64,000 nt of DNA from Heliomicrobium sp. (lineage in GTDB: Bacteria; Acidobacteriota; Blastocatellia; RBC074), in contig JAJNQA010000112.1 of NCBI GenBank assembly GCA_021155085.1, positions 8,378-72,377 of the forward strand, read 5' to 3'. The notes below the pieces were generated by a model. That model was given only the letters and a program-made list of their open reading frames with translations. It was not told the DNA's origin and ran no database searches. The stretch's first letter is position 1. Each line of letters begins with the position of its first letter. The translations under genes and the position numbers were made by a program. Shown one piece after another: positions 1-8,548 of this stretch.

Positions 1-1695
1 CCACTGGATGTGTCTGGCGGCGTCATCAATGAAGAAGATTGCGCGAATTTGCTGGAATCGTTGAATGAATTGCGGCAGGCATACAACATCAACGAAGCCA
101 TCAGCTACGTCATGATTCCTTCCTGGGCAAATGTCGCACTGGCCACGCGTCATTGGGGATGGCGTGTCATTTACGATTGCATGGATGAATGGGAAAACTT
201 CCCCCAACTGAATCGTGCGGCGCTCGGACTGGAGAAACAATTGGTGAAGTCTTGCGACCTGGTGGTCGTCACGGCGCAGCGGCTTTATGACAAGTGGCAG
301 CCCGACAATTCCGCGATATTGCTCGCACGCAATGCAACCGATTTTGATTTTTACGCCCGGCGCTGCCAGCCGAACAATTTGTTGCCGGAAAGCCGCTCTC
401 CGATCATCGGTTACTACGGCGCGATTGCAGACTGGTTCGACATTGAGTTACTTGTCGAAGTAGCTCAAATGCGTCCCCAGTATACCTTTGTGTTATTGGG
501 GGGCGTCTTCGATGTGGACATTTCGCCACTACAGGCACTGCCGAACATCAGATTATTGGGGCAGCAACCATATGAAACCATGCCCCAATACCTGCATCAT
601 TTCGCGGCGTGCATGATTCCCTTCAAAGTGAATCCGATCACCGAAGCCACCGACCCGGTCAAATTGTACGAATACCTGAGCGGGGGCAAACCCGTTGTCG
701 CGGTCAAACTGCCGGAACTGGAACCTTATCGCGAGTATGTCTATTTCGCCGAAAACGCGGCGGATTTCGCCGCCCGGCTGGATACCGCACTGACCGAAGA
801 TTCGCCGCAACGCGTGGAAAGCCGCAAGCAGTTGGCACGGCAGCACACCTGGCCGCAACGCTACCGGGCGATTGCCTCAAAAATCCGATCCGCCGCGCCG
901 AAAACCAGCATCATCATCGTCACATACAATAATCTGGCATTGACCCGGTTATGCCTGGCCAGTGTGTTCCGTAACACGGAATATACGAATTTCGAAGTGA
1001 TCGTGGTGGATAACCAGTCAACCGACGGCACGCCTGAGTTCCTGAAATCCCTGGCCGGCAGCTACCCTGACTTGAAAGTTATTCTAAACAGCAAAAACCA
1101 TGGTTTCGCCAAGGCGAATAATCAGGGTATTGCCCAAGCCGACGGTGAGTATTTCGTATTACTGAATAATGACGCCATCGTGCCGCCGGGATGGTTGAGC
1201 CGGTTGCTCCGGCACTTGCGCGATCCCCGGATCGGTCTGGTTGGACCAGTCACCAACTCCATCGGCAACGAAGCGCGAATTGCCGTGCCGTATCAAACCT
1301 GGTCGGAGATGGAGGATTTCGCCCGGCAACACACCTGGCGGCATCATCAACTGGCAGCAGACATACACGTTTTGGCCATGTACTGCGTGGCGTTGCGGCG
1401 CGAGGTTTTTGAAGCCGTGGGGCCGCTCGACGAACAATTCGGCGTGGGGATGTTTGAAGATGATGATTACTCCGTGCGGGTGCGTCAGGCAGGTTTGCGC
1501 GTGCTGTGCGCGGCGGATGTCTTCGTCCATCATTTCGGTCAGGCCGCCTTTGGAAAGCTGATCCGGAGTGGTGAATACGATGCCATCTTCAACGAAAACC
1601 GGCGGCGTTACGAAACCAAGTGGAATATTGCGTGGCAACCACACCAGCAGGTGAAACTTACCTTCACCCCTCACATTTCAAGGGAACAATACTAA
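1..1695 (+). CDS. Bifunctional glycosyltransferase (GT4-like C-terminal Rossmann half + GT2 domain). The frame is open to the window start, so the gene is 5'-partial.
   Basis: ORF 10..1695 has no upstream stop in frame. The N-terminal part resembles a GT4 C-domain (GYYGAIADWFDIELL...KLYEYLSGGKPVV). From aa ~297 there is a GT2 signature (IIIVTYNN...VIVVDNQSTDGT). It is tightly coupled to the next gene. Confidence 0.7.
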   Translation, partial: PLDVSGGVINEEDCANLLESLNELRQAYNINEAISYVMIPSWANVALATRHWGWRVIYDCMDEWENFPQLNRAALGLEKQLVKSCDLVVVTAQRLYDKWQPDNSAILLARNATDFDFYARRCQPNNLLPESRSPIIGYYGAIADWFDIELLVEVAQMRPQYTFVLLGGVFDVDISPLQALPNIRLLGQQPYETMPQYLHHFAACMIPFKVNPITEATDPVKLYEYLSGGKPVVAVKLPELEPYREYVYFAENAADFAARLDTALTEDSPQRVESRKQLARQHTWPQRYRAIASKIRSAAPKTSIIIVTYNNLALTRLCLASVFRNTEYTNFEVIVVDNQSTDGTPEFLKSLAGSYPDLKVILNSKNHGFAKANNQGIAQADGEYFVLLNNDAIVPPGWLSRLLRHLRDPRIGLVGPVTNSIGNEARIAVPYQTWSEMEDFARQHTWRHHQLAADIHVLAMYCVALRREVFEAVGPLDEQFGVGMFEDDDYSVRVRQAGLRVLCAADVFVHHFGQAAFGKLIRSGEYDAIFNENRRRYETKWNIAWQPHQQVKLTFTPHISREQY

Positions 1696-1701
1696 TCGGC
1701 G

Positions 1702-2691
1702 ATGGGACAACACCTTAAAAACTTTGCAAATAGCCTGGTAGGCAGACTTACTGGACGCGGTTCCCTGGAAGTATCCGGCAACACTTCATCCGCCGACCAA
1801 TTGGCGGAGCATCAAGCTTTTCTTGCCGCGCTGGACATCAGACTGAATCGTTTTGCAGTAAATCAGCAACCCAACGAACTTTTTGCCAATGTTACGGATG
1901 ATCTGTGGTTCTGGTTATGCACGGAAGGTTACAGAAGCAGCGCCCCTTTAAGAAATGTTTTGCCCGGCCTGCCGGACGAAACGGTGCAGCTTACTTATAC
2001 AGGGGACAAGGGAGACTCCGTGCTCAAGGATGGTTGGGCGGCCTACAAATTGTTCAAGTCGCTGTACGAACGTCACGTTGGCCCCATTGCCGATTGCCGG
2101 AATGTTCTGGATTTCGGCTGCGGCTGGGGAAGAATCATACGTTTCTTTCTGAAGGATGTTGCCCCCTCAAAACTCTGGGGAGTTGATCCGGTCGCGGAAA
2201 TGGTGAGCTTATGCCGGCGGCAAAACAGGTGGTGCAACTTCGAAGCAATTCACACCAGCCCCCCCTGCCGTTTTCCAGAGAATACTTTCGATTTGATTTA
2301 CAGCTTCTCGGTGTTTTCCCATCTTTCCGAGGAAATGCACAAGAGTTGGTTGCTTGAACTCAACCGCATCCTGAAACCTGGCGGGCTGCTGATTGCAACC
2401 ACCCGGGGCCGGGAATTTATCGAACAAAGCGCCGTACCACGTAAATACGAGAACATTGATTCCCCGTTGTTACTCTTTACCGACACTGAGCAATGTCAGT
2501 CGGATTACGATAACGGCAGATATTGTTTCAGTCAGATCGTCCACGAAGGAGAATGGTCCTACTGGGGAGAAACAGCCATTCCCAGAGAGTATGTTCTAAA
2601 TCACTGGACTCGCTGGTTTACCTTTCTCGACTATATTGACGATCGGAATCTTTGTTCGCAAAACGTCATTGTGATGAGTAAACCGGCATGA
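1702..2691 (+). CDS. Class I SAM-dependent methyltransferase
   Basis: Motif I VLDFGCGWGRI and post-I LKPGGLLIATT. 7-bp gap from the upstream gene. Its stop overlaps the next start (ATGA). Confidence 0.7.
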   Translation: MGQHLKNFANSLVGRLTGRGSLEVSGNTSSADQLAEHQAFLAALDIRLNRFAVNQQPNELFANVTDDLWFWLCTEGYRSSAPLRNVLPGLPDETVQLTYTGDKGDSVLKDGWAAYKLFKSLYERHVGPIADCRNVLDFGCGWGRIIRFFLKDVAPSKLWGVDPVAEMVSLCRRQNRWCNFEAIHTSPPCRFPENTFDLIYSFSVFSHLSEEMHKSWLLELNRILKPGGLLIATTRGREFIEQSAVPRKYENIDSPLLLFTDTEQCQSDYDNGRYCFSQIVHEGEWSYWGETAIPREYVLNHWTRWFTFLDYIDDRNLCSQNVIVMSKPA

Positions 2692-4271
2692 CCAGGACTT
2701 ACCCTACGGATAGCATCCGGCGAATCAAATTCAAATTCCCCCTCATCCTCTTCGCGGCAACAGTACTGTTCTACCTGGCATTCTCCCCGGCAACCATCGA
2801 AGGGATGGGTTATTACGGAGAAAATCTGAATGCGGCGAATCAATTAGCATCGAATTTGATTAATCTTGCCCACGGACAATTCTTTATTCCGGTTACCTGG
2901 ACACGCCACGGCGGATTGGAATTAATCGTTGAACTGCCATTTGTATTGTTCAGCCATCTTTTTTTTGGGGCATCGGTCAAATGGGCCGGGCGGTTGCTGG
3001 CGTTGCAGCCCATTCTGGCAACCGCACTGATCGTTACGTTGCTGTTTGCCTGGTTCTCCCGGCTGACTGGAAATCGCCGCCAGAGTTTATTTCTGGCGCT
3101 GGTTGCCGCATTTACCACAATGCTCTGGCCCTACGCCTATATCGGCCTGGAAACGACACAATCCGTTTGCCTGTTAGGGGCCGGCTATTTGATTCTGGGG
3201 CGAAAGGCCCGCCATACCTGGCCGGAGGTACTGCTTGTTTCCGGTTGTTGCGCGATGGCGTTGGCGGTGAAATCCACCGGCTTATTCCTATTGCCCGCCC
3301 TGGCATACCTGGTCTTTTGTTATTTTTCCGCCGGGAACATTCACTCCCGAGTAACAAAACTCGCGGCCTTGCCAGGAATTGTTGCGTCAATTTTTATACT
3401 GAACCATTACCTTAAGGAAGGTTATTTTGCGGGCAGTCAGGGCGGGAGCACGGCATTTTTTAGCAGCCTGCTGGTGGACGGTCCGTCAGTTGTGTTAATG
3501 CAAGCCTTCTCTTTCTTCGGCTCGGCCAACAAAAGCCTGTTGATTTATGCGCCCGTGGTAGTTTTATGTTTGGCAAACCTGCCGGAAGCCTACCGCCTGC
3601 ACCCACGGCTGGTCATCTTTGCCTTACTGACGCTCGGAGGACTGGTCTCTGGATTCTCGCTGGTAACCGTGTGGGCGGAGGAAACCTGGGGACCGCGCTA
3701 CCTGCATGCAGCGATCCCCCCCTTGCTGGTCTGCCTGGCAGCAGCTCGACCATCCGGTAATGAATGGCAACAAAAATTTCTGCTGCCTGCTGCGGCCGTG
3801 TTGGGATTGTTAGTTACGCTGCCCGGGGTTCTGATAGCTTATCCCAGCCTGCACCAGGCAATGACAGGCAGTGGACGGGCGACGCTGCCGGCACTGCAAT
3901 ATGATCCTGTTTTCAATCATGTGCGCTTCAATTATCAACTGCTGCGCATCTGGCTGGTAACGGGCGATGGCTCGGTCAATTCTCCAGTGCCCTGGCCGCC
4001 GCCGCCGTCGTGGTGGTTTGAAAAACCCGCTGATGCGTCGCCGGAAAAGCAGGTTGATCTGCGCGAATGGGCGACCCCACAACCGGCGATACTGCGCGTG
4101 TGGACTCCGGCCATGAGCATTTCGCCCAAACAGCATTTTTTCCTGCGCCTGCTGCTCGTCGGCTGCCTGAGCCTCAGTCTGGCGTTGTTCTTTTGGCTGA
4201 CCATTTTGGTCCTCCGGGAGGCTGAATCGGCCTCGGAGTTTATAGAAAAACACGACGAACACCAGCGATGA
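2688..4271 (+). CDS. Polytopic integral membrane protein, probably a polysaccharide-biosynthesis membrane glycosyltransferase or polymerase-like protein
   Basis: 527 aa with at least 10 hydrophobic helices and a PPPSWWF-containing C-terminal tail. Start and stop overlap the flanking genes (ATGA), placing it inside the operon. Confidence 0.5.
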   Translation: MTRTYPTDSIRRIKFKFPLILFAATVLFYLAFSPATIEGMGYYGENLNAANQLASNLINLAHGQFFIPVTWTRHGGLELIVELPFVLFSHLFFGASVKWAGRLLALQPILATALIVTLLFAWFSRLTGNRRQSLFLALVAAFTTMLWPYAYIGLETTQSVCLLGAGYLILGRKARHTWPEVLLVSGCCAMALAVKSTGLFLLPALAYLVFCYFSAGNIHSRVTKLAALPGIVASIFILNHYLKEGYFAGSQGGSTAFFSSLLVDGPSVVLMQAFSFFGSANKSLLIYAPVVVLCLANLPEAYRLHPRLVIFALLTLGGLVSGFSLVTVWAEETWGPRYLHAAIPPLLVCLAAARPSGNEWQQKFLLPAAAVLGLLVTLPGVLIAYPSLHQAMTGSGRATLPALQYDPVFNHVRFNYQLLRIWLVTGDGSVNSPVPWPPPPSWWFEKPADASPEKQVDLREWATPQPAILRVWTPAMSISPKQHFFLRLLLVGCLSLSLALFFWLTILVLREAESASEFIEKHDEHQR

Positions 4272-6847
4272 ATTTCAATCCACTTCATCATCCTGTTATT
4301 TATCAGCAGTCACTGTGTATACCTCCTGCATCACAGGCAGAGCATGTGCCGTTTGTGCTGTTTTTGGTCAGCATATTACGACCCAGGTTAGTGGTCGAAG
4401 CCGGCACACAGGGCAATGGCTCCCGTGGCATGTTTGGCATCCCCTTCGAGAATCCGGCAACCGGCACCCGGCATTACGTGGTGAGCGACAATGACAACGA
4501 AACCACCGGCACGCCACAATTCGCCGACCGCACGGTTGACCTGCTGCAAATTGACGGACTGCGTGCGGTTGAAGCTGTTAAACGGGATTTTGACGCCTGG
4601 ATGCCTAAAGTCATTGAGCACGGCATCGTACTGCTTCACGGCATCAACGCCGACGCGAGTGCATCAGGGGGAAAACAGCTCTGGGCGGAATTGAAGTCCA
4701 GATACCTGCACTTTGAGTTTTTGCACGGGAATGGTTTGGGGATGGTAGCCACTGGAACCGTGGTAGCGCCGGAGCTGAAGGATTTTTTTGACGCTTCCGA
4801 ACTGGAAGGAGAACAAATTCGAGCTTTTTTCTCTGGGCTGGGTGAGCAGAATAAGGAGTTACAGGCTTACCGGGAGTTACAGGCATATCACCAGCAACGC
4901 GAACAGTATTATGCCTGGCGCGAGAAGGAATTCGCCGAAACCGCAACAACCCTGAAACAGCAAAATGCACGTAACGAAGAGGCCTGGCACGAATTACAGA
5001 GCCAGCTAACCACCATCACCGCCAGTCGTGGCTGGCAATTGTTACTTTTGCTTTGGCGAATGAGACGCCAAATCGCGCCTGAAAACACCGCGCGGCAGCG
5101 GTTGTTGCAGTGGGCAATTCGTATCGCCAGGCTTGCCGTTTCACGCATGCTGCCAGGCGGCACCGCGTCACGCCAGCTCAGTGAATACAATGAGTGGATT
5201 GCACAAAATGAAGCCGGCGCGGAGGAGCTTGCGCAGCAAAAAGCAGCATCAGAAAAATTCGCCTATCGGCCTCTGATCAGTTTTATTACTCCGGTTTATA
5301 ACACCCCGCCACGGTTGCTGGAGGAAATGATTCAATCTGTCCTTGATCAAACCTATACTCACTGGCAGTTGTGTCTGGCTGACGGAAATTCCGCCAATGA
5401 AGAAACCAGGGCGGTGTTGCAGAAATGGGCAAATAAGGATTCTCGTGTCGTGATCAGGCATCTGGAGCAGAATCTGGGAATTTCCGGTAACAGCAACGCG
5501 GCGCTGGCCATGGCCGAGGGCGAATTTATCGCCTTGCTGGATCACGACGATCTGCTGGCGCCTTTCGCGCTGCACGAAGTCGTCAAGCTTTTGAATAAAC
5601 AACCCGAGTTGGACTTCATTTACTCTGACCGGGATCTGGTCAGCGAAGACAGCAAACAGCGGTTCGGCGCGTTCTTCAAACCAGGCTGGTCGCCGGAAAT
5701 CATGCTTGCAGCGAATTACTTATGCCATTTGTGCGTCATTCGCAGGAAGCTGGCGGAGAAGGTCGGCGGATTCAATGCCGCGACGGATGGCGCGCAGGAC
5801 TGGGACTTTTTCCTGCGCATTATGGAATGCACCAACCGGTTTGCGCACATCCCGCAAGTTCTTTACCACTGGCGGCAATGGAGCAACTCCGCGGCTTCGG
5901 GAATATCGGCGAAGCCTTATGCAATTGCAGCCCAGAAGCGCGCGGTGCGCGAACATCTGCAACGCCAGGGCCTGGCGGCGGACACGGAGATTTACCCTGG
6001 CGGCTTTGTCCGAGCAACCTGGCCGATTTCCGGAAATACCAGGGTTTCAGTCATTATCCTGGCAGAAAACAACCTGGCTCGTCCGACAGCCTGCCTGGAG
6101 TCTTTATTAAAGCACACCGGCTACCGTAATTTTGAAGTGCTGGTCGCACGGCGCGAGGGAGAAGCTGTGGCTTCACTCAATAGCTTCCGAGAACTTGCGC
6201 CTGATATTCCGCTCACACTTATAACATATCAGCAAGCTTCGTCTTTTCCCGCAGCGTATAACTTCGCCGCGCAACAGGCGACCGGAGACTTACTACTTTT
6301 CCTCTCCGCGACGAATGAAATCGCAGGCGGCGGGTGGCTGGAAGAGATGGTACGTTGGGCGGAGTTTCCGGGCGTCGGCGTAGTTGGCGCCAAACTGGTG
6401 GAGGCTGACGGGAAAATCAAGCATACCGGAATTTTGTTAGGCCAGGACGGCCTGGCAAGCTATCCGATGGCGGGCAACCTGGAAGGTCACTATGACACTT
6501 TTGGTTCCACGGAATGGTACCGTAACTGGCAGGCGGTCGCCGGAGATTGCCTGCTCATCAAAAAACAGCTTTTCCAGCAACTCGGCGGCTTTGATGAAGG
6601 TTCAGCAAACAGCGATCTGGCGCTCTGCCTGAACGCACATGCCAGTGGCTGGCGTGTGGTCTACACCCCCTACGCCAAACTGAAGCACTCCGGTCCGCTT
6701 CGACGGCACTTTGTGAAGGATGGGCAAGCGCAGGCAGAATTCCTGGCGCAGCCAGGCCGGGTAGGCGACCCATTTTTTAATCCCAATCTTTTGCTGGCGG
6801 GGCCGGTGATAAAGTTGAAAAATAAGCGCGGCGGCGATGCCTCCTGA
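4268..6847 (+). CDS. Multidomain glycan-modifying enzyme: N-terminal TylF/MycF-type (Methyltransf_24-like) SAM methyltransferase, a coiled-coil linker, and two GT2 glycosyltransferase domains
   Basis: N-terminus LVVEAGTQGNGS...LLHGINAD. Coiled-coil ELQAYRELQAYHQQREQYY. First GT2 domain ISFITPVYNTPPRLLEE...DHDDLL. Second GT2 domain VSVIILAENN...LLFLSATNE. Confidence 0.7.
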   Translation: MNFNPLHHPVIYQQSLCIPPASQAEHVPFVLFLVSILRPRLVVEAGTQGNGSRGMFGIPFENPATGTRHYVVSDNDNETTGTPQFADRTVDLLQIDGLRAVEAVKRDFDAWMPKVIEHGIVLLHGINADASASGGKQLWAELKSRYLHFEFLHGNGLGMVATGTVVAPELKDFFDASELEGEQIRAFFSGLGEQNKELQAYRELQAYHQQREQYYAWREKEFAETATTLKQQNARNEEAWHELQSQLTTITASRGWQLLLLLWRMRRQIAPENTARQRLLQWAIRIARLAVSRMLPGGTASRQLSEYNEWIAQNEAGAEELAQQKAASEKFAYRPLISFITPVYNTPPRLLEEMIQSVLDQTYTHWQLCLADGNSANEETRAVLQKWANKDSRVVIRHLEQNLGISGNSNAALAMAEGEFIALLDHDDLLAPFALHEVVKLLNKQPELDFIYSDRDLVSEDSKQRFGAFFKPGWSPEIMLAANYLCHLCVIRRKLAEKVGGFNAATDGAQDWDFFLRIMECTNRFAHIPQVLYHWRQWSNSAASGISAKPYAIAAQKRAVREHLQRQGLAADTEIYPGGFVRATWPISGNTRVSVIILAENNLARPTACLESLLKHTGYRNFEVLVARREGEAVASLNSFRELAPDIPLTLITYQQASSFPAAYNFAAQQATGDLLLFLSATNEIAGGGWLEEMVRWAEFPGVGVVGAKLVEADGKIKHTGILLGQDGLASYPMAGNLEGHYDTFGSTEWYRNWQAVAGDCLLIKKQLFQQLGGFDEGSANSDLALCLNAHASGWRVVYTPYAKLKHSGPLRRHFVKDGQAQAEFLAQPGRVGDPFFNPNLLLAGPVIKLKNKRGGDAS

Positions 6848-7841
6848 AAATGATCAAAAGACCCAGGCGATAGCAATTTGCATGGCGACCTATAACCCGC
6901 CACTGCAACTTTTTCGCCGGCAGATCGAATCCATCCGCAATCAAACTTGCGCCAACTGGCATTGCTTCATTAGTGATGATGCGTCTTCGCCAGAAGCCAT
7001 TCAGCAAGTCCGGGAGACGATTGGCGCTGACAGCAGATTCACGCTGTCCGTTTCGGCAGCGCGGCAGGGATTTTTTCATAACTTTGAACGCAGCTTGCAG
7101 ATGGTTACGGCGGAATTTAGTTACGTTGCACTTGCTGATCAGGACGATTTTTGGCAACCGAATAAACTGCAAATGCTGCTGGAACAATTTGGCGCAAACA
7201 CCACGTTGGTGTACAGCGATGCGCGCATTGTTGACGCGGCCGGGAGAGTTATTTCCGAATCCGCTTTTTCCCAGAGAGAGAGTAATTGCTCTGACCTGCC
7301 TTCGCTTGTTCTAAGCAATTCCGTCACCGGGGCGGCGGCGCTTTTTTCCGCGGGAATTTTGCCGCGTGCGTTGCCATTTCCGGCGCTGACTGGCCGGTTG
7401 GCGCATGATCACTGGCTATCCTGTGTGGCGATGGCGTCCGGGCAGGTGAAGTATTTCCCGCTTTGTTTGTACGATTACGTGCAGCACGGCGGCAACGCAA
7501 TTGGCTACGATCATGCCGTTAAACCGTCGTGGCTCAAACTGCTCTATTTTGGATTGAGAGTTGCGGCGACGCGGCGCGGGCGACAGGCGGCTGAAGTTAT
7601 TTTCCGGCAGGATGTATCGAAAATAACCGTCCTGGCGAGTGAGATATTGCAACGCTGCAGCCCCCGTTTGAGCGTAGAGGATAGAACTGGTCTGCAACAA
7701 TTAGCCAACCTGGCACCAACCCTCCGGATGTTACTTTGGTTAGTCCGGAGGGGATTGAAAACTGCCCGTCTGACCGCTGGCGCTGAATATCATCTGGCGT
7801 TTGGTTTATGGGGGCAATATTTATCCAAATTCAAACTTTGA
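6837..7841 (+). CDS. GT2-family glycosyltransferase
   Basis: IAICMATYNPP...FISDDASS...ADQDDFW. Overlaps the upstream gene by 11 bp. Confidence 0.7.
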   Translation: MPPENDQKTQAIAICMATYNPPLQLFRRQIESIRNQTCANWHCFISDDASSPEAIQQVRETIGADSRFTLSVSAARQGFFHNFERSLQMVTAEFSYVALADQDDFWQPNKLQMLLEQFGANTTLVYSDARIVDAAGRVISESAFSQRESNCSDLPSLVLSNSVTGAAALFSAGILPRALPFPALTGRLAHDHWLSCVAMASGQVKYFPLCLYDYVQHGGNAIGYDHAVKPSWLKLLYFGLRVAATRRGRQAAEVIFRQDVSKITVLASEILQRCSPRLSVEDRTGLQQLANLAPTLRMLLWLVRRGLKTARLTAGAEYHLAFGLWGQYLSKFKL

Positions 7842-7850
7842 GGCATTTTT

Positions 7851-8492
7851 GTGATGAGCTTTATGGAAGACTGGCTGGACAAGCCATTGCGGCAGGTGCT
7901 GCCGGTAATGCAGCAACGAATCATGGAGCAGACGACTTACTTCGGCGTGACGGCGCTGAAAAACCCGCTTGATTTCTGGGTCTACCAGGAATTGATCTGC
8001 CAGCTCCGGCCTGATGTCATACTGGAAATCGGCAATCGCTGCGGCGGCGGCACGCTTGCCCTGGCTCACCTGTGCGACGCGCTGGGGAAAGGAAAGATTA
8101 TCGGCCTGGATATTACGCACGAACTGCTGGCTGACGCAGCCCGGCAGCATCCTCGGATTACCTGGATCGAAGGCGATGCCTGCGCATCCTATGAACGGGT
8201 CATCGAACTGATTGACGAGAATGACCAGGTGCTGATTATCGAAGACAGCGCGCATACATATGAAAATACCCTCAATGTGCTGCGCACTTACAGCCCCCTG
8301 GTTAAACCCGGCGGCTATTTCATCGTCGAAGACGGCATTTGCCATCACGGGCTGGATCTCGGCCCGCAACCCGGTCCATATGAAGCCACCGAAACTTTCA
8401 TTGCGGAAAACCCCGGCTTTGAAATTGACCGGGACAAGGAAAATTTCCTGATCACCTGGAACCCGAAAGGTTTTTTGCGGCGAGTGAAGTAA
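7851..8492 (+). CDS. Cephalosporin hydroxylase (CmcI)-family class I methyltransferase, i.e. a rhamnosyl O-methyltransferase-like protein
   Basis: YFGVTALKNPLDFWVYQELI...ILEIGNRCGGGTLALAH...IGLDIT is the hallmark of the CmcI fold. It is the last gene of the operon. Confidence 0.65.
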   Translation: MMSFMEDWLDKPLRQVLPVMQQRIMEQTTYFGVTALKNPLDFWVYQELICQLRPDVILEIGNRCGGGTLALAHLCDALGKGKIIGLDITHELLADAARQHPRITWIEGDACASYERVIELIDENDQVLIIEDSAHTYENTLNVLRTYSPLVKPGGYFIVEDGICHHGLDLGPQPGPYEATETFIAENPGFEIDRDKENFLITWNPKGFLRRVK

Positions 8493-8548
8493 TGGATTGA
8501 GTAAAGATGGAATCGCGGACAAAGTTGCCCGCGATTCCATCGCTCCCG

